64,000 nucleotides of DNA from Pseudomonadota bacterium (GCA_038134595.1 JAYPVM010000006.1:1-64000); one strand, 5' to 3'. Counted from the stretch's first letter, positions 9,779-20,504 are shown. Numbers and translations: made by a program. Notes: a model not told the origin generated them from the sequence alone.

Positions 9779-12620
9779 TCGTCTCCTGTGCTTCTCTAAG
9801 ATCGCCAGGCGTTAATCCCGCTAAAAGCCGCCAATACTGATCCTGTTGCGCATCTGAACGATAGATCTTGCTTGGTGGCCAAAATACGCCATCTCGAACC
9901 CTCGTTGCCACCTCCACAGCTTGCCTCAATCCCTCAGCGAGTTGTCCAGGGGTCATAGGAATACGACATAAGGCTCCAGCGGAAGCAACCGATGAGATAT
10001 TTATATATCCAAAAACCACCTCTGTTGCCTCTGGATACATTTTTTCCCCCGCATGAACATACAGTGGGGCCTGTAGATCTCGCCACTCGGCTTCATCACT
10101 ATTCCTCTCCTCTCCCTTGAGGACTTTAACGACATCTTGAATTTTCCGACCTTGTTCGCTTGTCTTGTAATCGATTATCAGATGCTTTCCTGAATCACGG
10201 TGTCGATCGATCCTATCTATTCGGCCCGTAACCATCATTGAACCACCGTCAAGTTCTAACACAAGCGTATCAACCGCCAGCTCCTGTTCAACGGCTATCG
10301 TCTCCCATCCCTCGTTGTTATGCCGCACGTGCTCTGTTACGAATCTCTCCAATCGACGCCGAAGGTGCTCGATCTGAATCCGTACCGCTGGCAATGGACT
10401 TACTCCAAAGTACTGCTTCGCAAGACTCTCAAGCGTACTTAAGAGTAATTTCTGGACCGTTGATGGCTTATCCGAATTAAACCGCACGGTATCCTTTGCA
10501 GCTAACGCCAATACATCATGCGCTAGGTTGCCAAAACCAAACGCATCCAATTCAACTATCCCTTGCTGACTCGCCTGCACCCTCTTGACCCTTTCTAGAT
10601 AGAACCTATAGGGACAGCGTAGATACGAGCCAAACGAAGTCACGCTCATCTTCTCGATGGGTTCTCTTAGTGGCGTGGGGGGAGCGATCTCATAGGAATA
10701 TGGATTGGTCGCAATAACTTCGCCTCCGATATACTGGGCACCGTGCCCTCTGAGCATGTCAACTCTTCTCGGCAACTGCTCCGACTCGCATGCCAAAAGC
10801 AATCGACTAGGCTGAAGAACTTCGCCAGAAAGAGAGCGTTTACTTAGCACTACCCGCAAATCTCTCTTAGATCTAATCAAAGAGGAAAATAACGCCGCGT
10901 CCCTTGCATATCTTGAACCATTATTTGCCAACCCAAGATGCCTCGACAACGAGTCGGGGAGAAAGGGATCTGAGTTTACAACACTGGGAACCATCCCCTC
11001 CTCTATGCCTGTCAGTAACAAAGCCGGAGAATCATCATGTGCAACCTCTAGCCATCCGAGCATTTCTAGTGCGGAATCCTTTGAATCTGGAATCTGCGCG
11101 CGCTTCTCAAACTGTTCAATAAAGAGACTTAATGCCTCAGAGCCTGCTAAATGCCCATCAATTGAACAGGTCGCTAACTCCTGGATTATGTTATTCACAT
11201 CAGCAACTACATCAAAGTGATCCACCTCCCGTCCAAATGAAAGTTTTTGGAGAAGATCATATATCCGTTCTCCCCACTCTGTTGGCGAAGCTGACGATTC
11301 AACCAATGGGCTCAAAAGGTCGTTGATAGTTTGAACCGTTTTTATTCCAAGAGCGCTTCTTTTGGGTTGAAGTGGCAACGGTCCACGAGTTGAGGCTTGC
11401 AAATGTAACATCTGATAACTATCAATCCCCTCAAACAGCGCTCGCATATCTGCCTTTTTCAGCTTGATAGCCTCTGACAAATAGGCGACCATCAAAGGAG
11501 TTCGTATCAGACTCGATATATCCTCAAACGATTGACTTTCAAGATAGCGTCGCAAACTTGATAGGAAAAATCCAAAAGCACTCTGCAGCGGAGCTATACC
11601 TGCCGCCTCGCTTGCCTTAACTCCTAAGTCATTAAGTCGTCCTTTGAGAAATCTTCCCAATCGCTCGTTACCAAGACCTATTGCAAAATCAGGACTCTTG
11701 CCCGATTGTTCAATTGACAAGAACCAATCAAGTGCCGCATGAGCCACGTCTCGCGGATGCTCAACAATATCAATGTCCTCGTGGCGAAGTGGAATAGGAC
11801 ATTTGGACCAGTAACTATCTTCAACTGCTCCAAACTCATCGAAGCCCGGCGCGTCCTCCGCATCCGCGAGAATATAGGAGCGCACCTCTCCAGCATGCCG
11901 CTCTAAAAACTGTTTCTGCTGTGCTGTCAGCTCAAGGAGCCCGCAAAGGTATATCGAGTCGGCTGAACTGGAGAAACCTTCTTCTAATAAAGCTAATCTT
12001 CTTCTCTCGTATTTGCAGACACGATTATTTATCTCTAATTCTCGCAGGTATCCTCGATGTAATTCATCCAACGCTTCCCATCTCGACTCCTCAAAGAACC
12101 CATCTAATTCAGCACCCCTCACAGCTACATCACGAAAAGAAAGATTAGCAGAAGCCAATGCCGAATACATAGAATCTACGCGTTTAGCCAGAGAAGGCGC
12201 GATACTCTCAAGATACTCTGAAGAAACACTAGGCAAAAGGTCTGCGAGCGCCCCTGCGGAGATCGAACGTATCGCTTGAGCCCACGCCATGTATCGCTCT
12301 ATCTCAGACGCTACATTATGTATCTTAGGAAGGAACGCTTCGAGCAGTTCACCCCGGGTAAGAATTCTAGGCGGAACGATCCCCTTGCCGTCTCTGAATC
12401 GCTCGGCTTGGATTACCAAAAGCTCTAAGAGCCGGCGTTGTGCTCGGCGCCCAGCTACCACAAGCGTAACCTGTGACATATCAATCATGGTGCCAGTTGA
12501 GAATTCGTCAACGAGACTGTGCGCGATAGAAACAAGAAGCGGCTTCTTGTAGCCGCAGAATATACGCTTCACACCCTTTGCGTGTTGAATACGTTCTACG
12601 TGTTCATTGGCGTTGTTCAT
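9768..12620 (-). CDS. addB: AddB-like inactive-helicase/PD-(D/E)XK nuclease subunit
   Basis: SVTSF..YLRCPYRFY, FGNLAH, GRIDRID, IIDYKT and LQAPLY motifs; overlaps the addA start. Confidence 0.85.
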   Translation of the reverse strand: MNNANEHVERIQHAKGVKRIFCGYKKPLLVSIAHSLVDEFSTGTMIDMSQVTLVVAGRRAQRRLLELLVIQAERFRDGKGIVPPRILTRGELLEAFLPKIHNVASEIERYMAWAQAIRSISAGALADLLPSVSSEYLESIAPSLAKRVDSMYSALASANLSFRDVAVRGAELDGFFEESRWEALDELHRGYLRELEINNRVCKYERRRLALLEEGFSSSADSIYLCGLLELTAQQKQFLERHAGEVRSYILADAEDAPGFDEFGAVEDSYWSKCPIPLRHEDIDIVEHPRDVAHAALDWFLSIEQSGKSPDFAIGLGNERLGRFLKGRLNDLGVKASEAAGIAPLQSAFGFFLSSLRRYLESQSFEDISSLIRTPLMVAYLSEAIKLKKADMRALFEGIDSYQMLHLQASTRGPLPLQPKRSALGIKTVQTINDLLSPLVESSASPTEWGERIYDLLQKLSFGREVDHFDVVADVNNIIQELATCSIDGHLAGSEALSLFIEQFEKRAQIPDSKDSALEMLGWLEVAHDDSPALLLTGIEEGMVPSVVNSDPFLPDSLSRHLGLANNGSRYARDAALFSSLIRSKRDLRVVLSKRSLSGEVLQPSRLLLACESEQLPRRVDMLRGHGAQYIGGEVIATNPYSYEIAPPTPLREPIEKMSVTSFGSYLRCPYRFYLERVKRVQASQQGIVELDAFGFGNLAHDVLALAAKDTVRFNSDKPSTVQKLLLSTLESLAKQYFGVSPLPAVRIQIEHLRRRLERFVTEHVRHNNEGWETIAVEQELAVDTLVLELDGGSMMVTGRIDRIDRHRDSGKHLIIDYKTSEQGRKIQDVVKVLKGEERNSDEAEWRDLQAPLYVHAGEKMYPEATEVVFGYINISSVASAGALCRIPMTPGQLAEGLRQAVEVATRVRDGVFWPPSKIYRSDAQQDQYWRLLAGLTPGDLREAQETIDG

Positions 12621-12847
12621 GCACGAATGTTCATAGAATAATCATTAGAACTTATAGTGTCACAACTAGCTAGGCTTGGACATGGAGGATTTTTCGTACA
12701 AGAGGCATACTCTTTCTACGACCTGATTCTAGGTTAAAAAGCTAAGTCATCAAATAAGCCTTTGCGTAGTAGTTTGTGCGTACAAAAAAGCAACACCTAC
12801 CCCCCCTTCAAGAAAAATGAGGAATATGTTTTCATCCAGAAAAGGCC

Positions 12848-14611
12848 TCAGCTAGCTTGCTCCATGCCACTTGGCGCATCGTCAGAGCGAAATTGAAGGG
12901 CATGTAGCCTACTGTACTCACCATTTTGTTCAAGTAGGGACTGATGAGTTCCTCTCTCTACAATCTCGCCCTTGCTCATTACTACGATTGTATCTGCATC
13001 TCGAACGGTCGAGAGCCTATGAGCGATAACAACTGTCGTTCGTCCCCTGGCTAATCGCTCGAGGGCTAACTGCACTTCCCGCTCCGAGCGAGTGTCTAAC
13101 GAAGCAGTTGCCTCATCTAACACAAGAATTGGCGCATCCTTTAGTATCGCACGGGCTATCGCGAGCCGTTGCCGTTCACCCCCAGAGAGGCTCATTCCAC
13201 CCTCTCCTACCAAAGTATCAAACCCCTCGGGAAGTGCCTCTATGAATTCTCTTGCATACGCTGCCTCCGTCGCCTGCAGAACCTGCTCTCTAGTGGCATT
13301 CGGATTGCCATACGCAATATTGTTGTATACGGAGTCATTGAATAAAAACGTGTGTTGGCCCACCATCGCGATAAGCGAACGAAGCTGGGTTAAGCTTAGA
13401 GTTTTCAATTCACTTCCACCAATTAGTATACTTCCCTCACATGGGTCGATAAATCTCGGAATTAGGTCTACAAGAGTAGTCTTGCCTGAGCCAGAGAACC
13501 CCACTAACGCGACGGTTTTACCCTCAGGGATATGCAAACTAATATTTCGAAGGGCCAACTCATCTTTCTTATCGCCCGACAGATTTGAATAGGAAAAGCT
13601 TACGTTTACCAATTCTATGTCGCTTCTCTGCGGCAGCGGTGCCGGCTCGACAGGGTCTACAATGCTGGACTTGGTATCAAGAATTTCAAATATTCGCTGA
13701 GCGCCCGCTAAACCTTGCTGAACGGTTGCATGAACCCTTGAGAGTTTCTTGAAAGGTTCGTACATAAGAAACACAGAGACTAGGAATGCCATAAACCCTC
13801 CAGCTGTCCGCGCTCCAGATATCACCGTCAGCCCACCATAAAGAAGAACACCCGATACTGCCAAGCTCGCCAACACCTCGTTTATCGGCCCAGAAAGCGC
13901 CCGCACCCGCTCAGAACGTATAAAAGTACCTGTCAAATCGCGATTACCATCCTCAAAGCGCTGTTGCTCATATCGCTCTCGACAGAATATTTTTACTACT
14001 CTATGCCCCTGCATACTCTCTTGAAACAGCGCCGAAAGCTCTCCAATCGCATCTTGGCCCCGCTTGCTTAAGCGTCGCATCTTCTTTCCAATCCGTGCTA
14101 TCGGCAAACCAGCTAGGGGGAAAAAGACAACCGCCAGAAGCGACAACGTAGGATCTAAGTAGATACAAGACCCTAACAATACAACTACCCGTATGGCATC
14201 TCGTATTATCGATGCGGAGGAATCCGTAAGAAGCGTTCGAATCAGAAGGACATCCGATGTGACACGACTTAAAACTTCCGCTGTAGAATTTCGGATAAAG
14301 AAGTCCGGAGAAAGAGACAACACATGCCTATTTACATCGTTTCGAATATCTTCAGTGACTTTATGACCGACCGAAGACATCAGAAACTGCTGTCCAAAAT
14401 CTGTTACCGCTCTTACAACAGCAAACGCGACAATCAAAACTGGCAACAACCAAAGAAGCGATTCATTCTTCTCGGTAAAGACACCATCGAGAATATACTT
14501 TACCAAAAACGGTAATCCCCCATCGGTTGCCCCAAACAGCACCATTAATGAAAGAGCGCCCCAAAAATACCTCCGATGGGGTCGTAGATAACGCAGTATT
14601 CGCTTATACAT
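12848..14611 (-). CDS. msbA: lipid A export ABC transporter, fused permease/ATPase
   Basis: TM domain plus Walker A GFSGSGKT, LSGGERQR, LDEATASLD and IAHRLST; adjacent to lpxB. Confidence 0.9.
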   Translation of the reverse strand: MYKRILRYLRPHRRYFWGALSLMVLFGATDGGLPFLVKYILDGVFTEKNESLLWLLPVLIVAFAVVRAVTDFGQQFLMSSVGHKVTEDIRNDVNRHVLSLSPDFFIRNSTAEVLSRVTSDVLLIRTLLTDSSASIIRDAIRVVVLLGSCIYLDPTLSLLAVVFFPLAGLPIARIGKKMRRLSKRGQDAIGELSALFQESMQGHRVVKIFCRERYEQQRFEDGNRDLTGTFIRSERVRALSGPINEVLASLAVSGVLLYGGLTVISGARTAGGFMAFLVSVFLMYEPFKKLSRVHATVQQGLAGAQRIFEILDTKSSIVDPVEPAPLPQRSDIELVNVSFSYSNLSGDKKDELALRNISLHIPEGKTVALVGFSGSGKTTLVDLIPRFIDPCEGSILIGGSELKTLSLTQLRSLIAMVGQHTFLFNDSVYNNIAYGNPNATREQVLQATEAAYAREFIEALPEGFDTLVGEGGMSLSGGERQRLAIARAILKDAPILVLDEATASLDTRSEREVQLALERLARGRTTVVIAHRLSTVRDADTIVVMSKGEIVERGTHQSLLEQNGEYSRLHALQFRSDDAPSGMEQAS

Positions 14612-14621
14612 ATCTCTATCC

Positions 14622-15797
14622 TTAATGACTCGCGCTCTTTTCTTTAATTACATCTTGAACTATCTCACTAACGCGTTGCGAGACATTACACACATATCCT
14701 GATTTGAGCGAATCTATCGGAGCATCGTACAGCAATTCAGAAACTCGCTCCAATTTAGCTACCACCTTTTGATACGCTGAAGCCTCAACCATCTGTCTCA
14801 CCTTCTGCGCGATATCCCTCGACGACAGTGTAGTCTGTATTATTTCGGGCACTGTGCGCGATTGAATAATATTTACCGGCGAGAACTCTCGCAACCGGAT
14901 TAGAAAAGAAACGATAATTTTAGCCATCCAGCTACCACTGTAAACACACACGAAGGGAAGCCTCGCAACTGCCGCTTCTAAATTGCATGTGCCCGACTTC
15001 AGTATCCCTATATGCGATGAAGCCATCACAGATAACGGGTCTTCGGTGCTCCACTCAATTGTTTCATATACCGACGAATTCACCTTTCTCCTTAGAAGCT
15101 CAAGAACCAATTCTCGTTCAATCGTTGGCGCAAGCAAGACAACTGGTACTAGATTAATCCCCTCACTTCGTAATTGCTCAACGGCTTGAAGCGCAGGGAC
15201 TACTATCCTCTCAACCTCAAATCGACGACTTCCTGGCATCAGAAGTACTCGCTGAACCTCCGTTTTCGTTTCGATACGCTCTGGCATTGCGTGCTCGGCG
15301 ACGGGGTGTCCAACAAAACAGATATTAGAGTATCCTAAATTGCGATAAAAGCTCTCTTCAAATGGAAATATCGCCGCGACCTTATCGACGTACCGCTTAA
15401 TTCGACGTATCCGACCACTTCTCCATACCCATATCTTTGGCGGGATGTAATAGACAACCTTTATACCTAGCCGTTTAGCATGCTTTGCCAATCGAAGGTT
15501 AAACTCTGGATAATCAACGATGAGGAGCACGTCAGGCTTCCAAGACTCCAAAAGTGTTTGCATTGTTTTAAATGCTCGGCGTACGTTTCTCAGCGAACGT
15601 AAGGCCTCTACAAAACCCATCGTCGAGCCGTCTTTGTAGCAATTTATCTCAACCCTTGCCCCTGCTTGCTCACAGGCGCTACCAGCCATCCCCCGTATCT
15701 CACAAGAGGAATCCATGGCCTTTAACTCCCTAACGACCCGACTAAGATGCCTATCGCCCGAGACCTCACCTGCGCTAATTGCTATGTTTAAGCTCAT
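14622..15797 (-). CDS. lpxB: lipid-A-disaccharide synthase
   Basis: AGEVSGD, VDYPEFNL, PKIWVWR, IFPFE, VGHP, MPGSR and SGTCNLE motifs. Confidence 0.95.
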   Translation of the reverse strand: MSLNIAISAGEVSGDRHLSRVVRELKAMDSSCEIRGMAGSACEQAGARVEINCYKDGSTMGFVEALRSLRNVRRAFKTMQTLLESWKPDVLLIVDYPEFNLRLAKHAKRLGIKVVYYIPPKIWVWRSGRIRRIKRYVDKVAAIFPFEESFYRNLGYSNICFVGHPVAEHAMPERIETKTEVQRVLLMPGSRRFEVERIVVPALQAVEQLRSEGINLVPVVLLAPTIERELVLELLRRKVNSSVYETIEWSTEDPLSVMASSHIGILKSGTCNLEAAVARLPFVCVYSGSWMAKIIVSFLIRLREFSPVNIIQSRTVPEIIQTTLSSRDIAQKVRQMVEASAYQKVVAKLERVSELLYDAPIDSLKSGYVCNVSQRVSEIVQDVIKEKSASH

Positions 15798-15883
15798 AGA
15801 GAGGTTCTACCCTGTATTTAGAGAAGGGTAAACACAGCCGCCCGTTCACTAGTATTTTATCACACACTATCAGATACTTAGGC

Positions 15884-16723
15884 CTAAAACATCAGCTTCA
15901 ATGCCGTAATGGTATACACATCGTTTGGACGTCTTCCCCCAGCCGGCTGATTGATATAATAGTCTCTTACCGAGAATGAAAGACTTATATTCGAGACAAC
16001 CGCTGCTTCAATTCCGACCTCCGCATTTAATAGATAGTTACTATTGTCCGTAAGGCTTATTAGATACTCTCCCGACTGATATATCAGAGAAGTATCAGTC
16101 AGACGAACCACGATGCGATTGGCGACACGAAATGCAGGGTACTCATCTCCTATCCCTCCAAGACTCTCCCACACATACGACGGGCCACCCTCAAGGCTGA
16201 CTGATGATTTATTCTTTCGATATAAAAATCCTCCAATAGAGGGGCTGAGAATCGAACGAAAATCCACATCGGCTATTGAGTCATACGTATACGATGAGCC
16301 TAATCCCGCAAAATACGTACTAGAGACGATATTTTTGTACTCACCATTAACACGCATATTGTCTTTTGTTTTCTCTCGGGGATCTCCCGGATCGGATGCT
16401 GCATTTGCATAGTTATAATCCGCCTCAAAGCGCCAGCTGCTCTTTTCAAGATCTCGCACTGCCTTTCCATTAAGGTTGATACTTGTCGTATTGCTGTTTC
16501 CCTCCGTATAGTTAAAACCAAACAATATGCTCCTATCCCAAGCAGTCGTTTCTTTTTCTTCATTAGACATAGGGGCAACCTCGATCTTCGGTGGTCCCTT
16601 GAGCCCTCTTAATAAGGTAGTCTTGCGACCGATATCCTGTGCATGTGCAATTTTGTCACACAGGACCCCTAAACCAATTATCACTACTACGATACGTATA
16701 TTCCCCAACTGCCACATCATCAT
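15884..16723 (-). CDS. DUF481/YdiY-like outer membrane beta-barrel protein
   Basis: Signal peptide, GFNYTEGNS motif, alternating amphipathic strands, C-terminal Phe. Confidence 0.75.
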   Translation of the reverse strand: MMMWQLGNIRIVVVIIGLGVLCDKIAHAQDIGRKTTLLRGLKGPPKIEVAPMSNEEKETTAWDRSILFGFNYTEGNSNTTSINLNGKAVRDLEKSSWRFEADYNYANAASDPGDPREKTKDNMRVNGEYKNIVSSTYFAGLGSSYTYDSIADVDFRSILSPSIGGFLYRKNKSSVSLEGGPSYVWESLGGIGDEYPAFRVANRIVVRLTDTSLIYQSGEYLISLTDNSNYLLNAEVGIEAAVVSNISLSFSVRDYYINQPAGGRRPNDVYTITALKLMF

Positions 16724-17037
16724 TTCCGAAAATCCTTCCGCGGATTTGAGTATTAATCGCGCTCACTTTGCAGGGGACTCGCCCAGACTCACTATCTTAA
16801 GATATATACAAAGTTTACCGAGAGCATAATCGTCTCGGCATTATTTCTTGCCCTCAATCTACTCGTCAATAGATGTATCTTCTTTATACATCAACGAAAC
16901 CAAGGCTTGCGAGAGCACGACTAGGGTCGTACACTATTAGCATAACGAGAGCAATGATTGTTAGCTCAAACAGTCATATCGCTCTACGCCAACTTCAAGC
17001 GTTAATATGCATATAAATTGAATACAAGTAGGTTCTC

Positions 17038-18945
17038 ATGAAGAAAGCCATTCTAGTGATAGTCGCACTCATAGCCATCATTTGTAGCGCCGGAATTTTC
17101 TACCTCAACACACAAATAGAGTCACTGTTAGCCCAACACCTACCAGAGATTAAAAAGACTATAACTAAAGCCGTCGGTGCTCCGGTGCGCTTAGACAAGG
17201 TTTCGGCGAGCATTCTTCCTAGTCCTAGCGTCGAAATCAAAGGCTTCCACATTCTCGATGCCACTACAAAGAAACCGGCTCTAGGAATCGAGAAAGTATC
17301 GCTCAAGGTCTCGCTACTCCCTCTTTTGTCCAAGCGGATCTCTGTTTCCACTCTAGCGCTCCACTCTCCTCGTATCTCCGCAACAAAGAGTTCAACAGGA
17401 GAAATGCTCATTCAAGGCCTTCCGGCAAAACAGGCAAACAAGGCTGATACCCCCTCAACAAAAGAAGCAACACCATCTAAAAACCAGGAAACAACATCGC
17501 CACCTCTTGCAATCGGCATCGAAAACATCTCAGTATCAAAGGGATCATTTACCTTTACTGACGATGCGACAAAACAGGTCATCACGGTATCAGATATTGA
17601 GGTAACGTCCTCAGTGGCGGTTGATCCATCAGGGGGGGTTACCTTACCGACCCTTAAAGCATCGTGGTCCATCAATGAAAATATCCCGATGAATGTATCG
17701 ATCACCGACGCAGTTTTCGACCCAGCCACGGGAATGATTCGGGTGCCCCAAGCTACGATGACACACAGTTCCGGCACTATCTCTCTAACTGCTGATATCG
17801 AGGAAAATTCAACCGGTGGCAAGGCAACCCTTAAAAGTTCCGGTCTGAAAATCGCAAAACTCCTAGACTCTGCAAAAGCTATAAACCCTAGTGTTCCCGA
17901 CTTAAAGGTCGCTGGAGCGATCGGCTTAAATATGCGTATCACACTTGATACATCTGGCCTTCCAACTACAGATGGTTCAGTCACACTACAGAACATATCG
18001 GTAGCGCCCGATAAAAATACAGAGGTCTCCTCATTGTCGGGCGATGTTAGACTATCCGGACCTATCACAAATCTTCTCGTGAACGCCGGTGACTTACGAC
18101 TCAATTATAACAAGGCTCCGATTAAACTAAACGGAACCTTCCGCGCTAGCCCAACAGCCTTTAAGATAGAGGCTCTCAACGTAGAGGCATTTCAGGGAAC
18201 CACACAGCTTGTATCGAACGTTTCGCTCGGAGAACAGGTACTTGTAGCCGCCTCCCCGAAGATTACTAATATCTCATTAGGAGATCTCTTTGGCGCAGTA
18301 AAACCATCGCTTACCGGCATGATTCAGGGCACGCTTAAGACATTCCAAGGCGATTTTTCTGGAATCAAAAGCAACGACCCTGCCAAAACTATCTCAGGTA
18401 ACGCTAGCGTCCTAATCGGAGAAGGGGCAATTAAAGACTATAATTTAGCGCAACAGGTACTACAGAGCGTCGAAGGCTTGCCATTTTTATCCGGCACCTT
18501 ACGAAGCAAAGTTCCGCCAGAATTCGAAGCTGTAGTTGCTAATCCCGATACTGGAATTCGAGAATTTCGAAGTACACTCTCTTTAAATCAAGGTTCTGCC
18601 AACTTCTCTGAACTGTATCTTGAGAGTGATATATTTTCGATAACGAGCAAAGGTACGTATAAACCATCAGGCGAGGTTCATCTGCCCGCTACGATACGGT
18701 TTAACCCACCCTTTTCAAGAGCAATTACGGAGCGGGTAGTTGAGTTAAAAGCGTTGCTTGATTCGTCTGGGCGACTAGAACTTCCAATCGTTATCCATGG
18801 AACCCTTCCGAAAGTCGTTGCAGCACCGGATATTCCTGTCATTATCAGAAAGGCAACGGTCGGCGGAGTTCGACAAGCCGTCACAGGCGCTCTCAAAGGT
18901 GGCAAAGGTGTCGGGAAAGCTCTAGGCGGTCTAATGGGTTTCTAG
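17038..18945 (+). CDS. AsmA-family protein
   Basis: N-terminal TM anchor, repeated beta-taco-like segments (SLLPLLSKRISVSTLALHSP), C-terminal LPIVIHGTLPK motif. Confidence 0.75.
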   Translation: MKKAILVIVALIAIICSAGIFYLNTQIESLLAQHLPEIKKTITKAVGAPVRLDKVSASILPSPSVEIKGFHILDATTKKPALGIEKVSLKVSLLPLLSKRISVSTLALHSPRISATKSSTGEMLIQGLPAKQANKADTPSTKEATPSKNQETTSPPLAIGIENISVSKGSFTFTDDATKQVITVSDIEVTSSVAVDPSGGVTLPTLKASWSINENIPMNVSITDAVFDPATGMIRVPQATMTHSSGTISLTADIEENSTGGKATLKSSGLKIAKLLDSAKAINPSVPDLKVAGAIGLNMRITLDTSGLPTTDGSVTLQNISVAPDKNTEVSSLSGDVRLSGPITNLLVNAGDLRLNYNKAPIKLNGTFRASPTAFKIEALNVEAFQGTTQLVSNVSLGEQVLVAASPKITNISLGDLFGAVKPSLTGMIQGTLKTFQGDFSGIKSNDPAKTISGNASVLIGEGAIKDYNLAQQVLQSVEGLPFLSGTLRSKVPPEFEAVVANPDTGIREFRSTLSLNQGSANFSELYLESDIFSITSKGTYKPSGEVHLPATIRFNPPFSRAITERVVELKALLDSSGRLELPIVIHGTLPKVVAAPDIPVIIRKATVGGVRQAVTGALKGGKGVGKALGGLMGF

Positions 18946-18954
18946 CGCGTAAAA

Positions 18955-19659
18955 ATGTCAGAATCAGATAGCAAGAGCGACGACAAGCCCGCAGGGGAAG
19001 CACCTGAGCCAATCGGTGGCTTCGCTTTTTTTCTCTCCCTAGGACTGCTACTTCCGGCAGGGCTAGTCATGCTAACACTCACTCTCCAGCAAGCACGAGA
19101 CACCAACCTCCAAACAGCCCTTGCATTCTTCGGTTCTCTGGTTTTTGGAGCGCTTTTAGCGCAAAACCTCATTCGAGGGCATCTCTCAGTACTTCTTCAT
19201 GAATTTAAACATTCGCTCATCTCCAATCTTGTTGGAAATAAATACAAGGGAATGCGCATCGACGAGCACAGTGGAGATTTTAAGTACGCTTACACTAAAA
19301 AAACCGCTCACTACAATGCGTTTATCTCACTTGCGCCCTATATAGTGCCGTTATTCTCCTTTGTTGGCTCTCTGGTCTCATACACAGCGGCTCGAGGAGA
19401 CGCACTCATATCGTGCGTTATTATGGGCATCTGTTACGGAACAGATCTAACGCTAAATTTAAGGGACATATCTCCAGTGCAGACAGATCTTACCGACATT
19501 CGAGGCGGATACAACGTAAGCCTAGGGTACATTCTAGCGTGGAACCTTCTTATCGCGTCGATTGTACTTGCTTGGGCATTTCAGGGTGTTACTGGAATTA
19601 CGCAGTTGTTTGGATCACTCGGGCAATTATTCATCCTACTGTATTTCGCTGTAATATAG
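18955..19659 (+). CDS. membrane protein with HExxH motif (M50-like metallopeptidase candidate)
   Basis: Several TM helices; LLHEFKH next to a TM segment, followed by ISLAPY and a later SPVQTD. Confidence 0.6.
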   Translation: MSESDSKSDDKPAGEAPEPIGGFAFFLSLGLLLPAGLVMLTLTLQQARDTNLQTALAFFGSLVFGALLAQNLIRGHLSVLLHEFKHSLISNLVGNKYKGMRIDEHSGDFKYAYTKKTAHYNAFISLAPYIVPLFSFVGSLVSYTAARGDALISCVIMGICYGTDLTLNLRDISPVQTDLTDIRGGYNVSLGYILAWNLLIASIVLAWAFQGVTGITQLFGSLGQLFILLYFAVI

Positions 19660-19739
19660 GGATTGGCCCACTTTTTAATAGCTTACGCGTCGGTGGCCTT
19701 CCGAAATCATTTTGGAAAGGAGACTGCCTGCGATGTAAA

Positions 19740-20498
19740 TTATTTTTTATCAGGTACGGGATCATACGACACCCACTCAAGGGTAAGTCCGTGTGCAGGT
19801 GCAGTAACGCCGGCAAATCGTCGGTCTCTTTTCTGCAGAATGTCCTGTATCGTTTTATCTCGAATGCGTCCCCGACCGATATCCGTAAGAGTTCCCACAA
19901 TATTCCGAACCATCTGCTTTAAAAAACCTGAACCAACGATATAAAAAACCAGCTCGGTCCCCTGCTTTTCAATAGTTATATTGTAGATAGTTTTTACCGG
20001 CGTAGTTGCTGTACAGCCGGAATCTCGAAATGACGAGAAATCATGCTCTCCGATAAGATATCTTCCCTCCTCTCGCATTCGCTCAATATCGAGATAGTGC
20101 GGGATATGCCATGTTGTGTGCGCGTTTAACACAGGGGGGGTATCTCGATTAAGCACTCGATAGGAATACTGTTTATGAGTGGCGTCGATACCCGGATGAA
20201 AATCGTCTGACACCTCTTCTGCAGAGCAGACCGTAACTTCCCCTCGTAACAAGTGGCTTACGCCCCTTGAAAGCTTACCTAAATCCGTGCTTACCGGAAG
20301 CTTGAAAGAAACAACCTGCCCTTTGGCATGCACACCCGCATCAGTACGCCCAGAGGCATGCAGTGGCGATATGGTTTGGCGGGTGACAATAGACAGTGCG
20401 CGCCAAAGTTCCTCTTGAATTGTCCGCTGATCTGGCTGTCGCTGCCACCCGTGGAAATTTTTGCCGTTGTATTCAATTACTAATTTTATAGAAGGCAC
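19740..20498 (-). CDS. truA: tRNA pseudouridine(38-40) synthase
   Basis: FHGWQ, SGRTDAGVHA, GEHDFSSF, GFLKQMVR and TAPAHGL motifs. Confidence 0.97.
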   Translation of the reverse strand: MPSIKLVIEYNGKNFHGWQRQPDQRTIQEELWRALSIVTRQTISPLHASGRTDAGVHAKGQVVSFKLPVSTDLGKLSRGVSHLLRGEVTVCSAEEVSDDFHPGIDATHKQYSYRVLNRDTPPVLNAHTTWHIPHYLDIERMREEGRYLIGEHDFSSFRDSGCTATTPVKTIYNITIEKQGTELVFYIVGSGFLKQMVRNIVGTLTDIGRGRIRDKTIQDILQKRDRRFAGVTAPAHGLTLEWVSYDPVPDKK

Positions 20499-20504
20499 AG
20501 CTCT

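Noticed and set aside
9768..10660. PD-(D/E)XK domain as Cas4 or a defence nuclease
   Set aside because: It is the C-terminus of a 950-aa AddB-like protein paired with an AddA helicase-nuclease, the standard repair architecture.
17412..18104. 230-aa antisense ORF inside the AsmA gene, and similar shadow ORFs (13092-13592, 51867-52379, 29836-30234)
   Set aside because: They lie opposite well-supported genes, have no motifs and are explained by codon bias on the sense strand.
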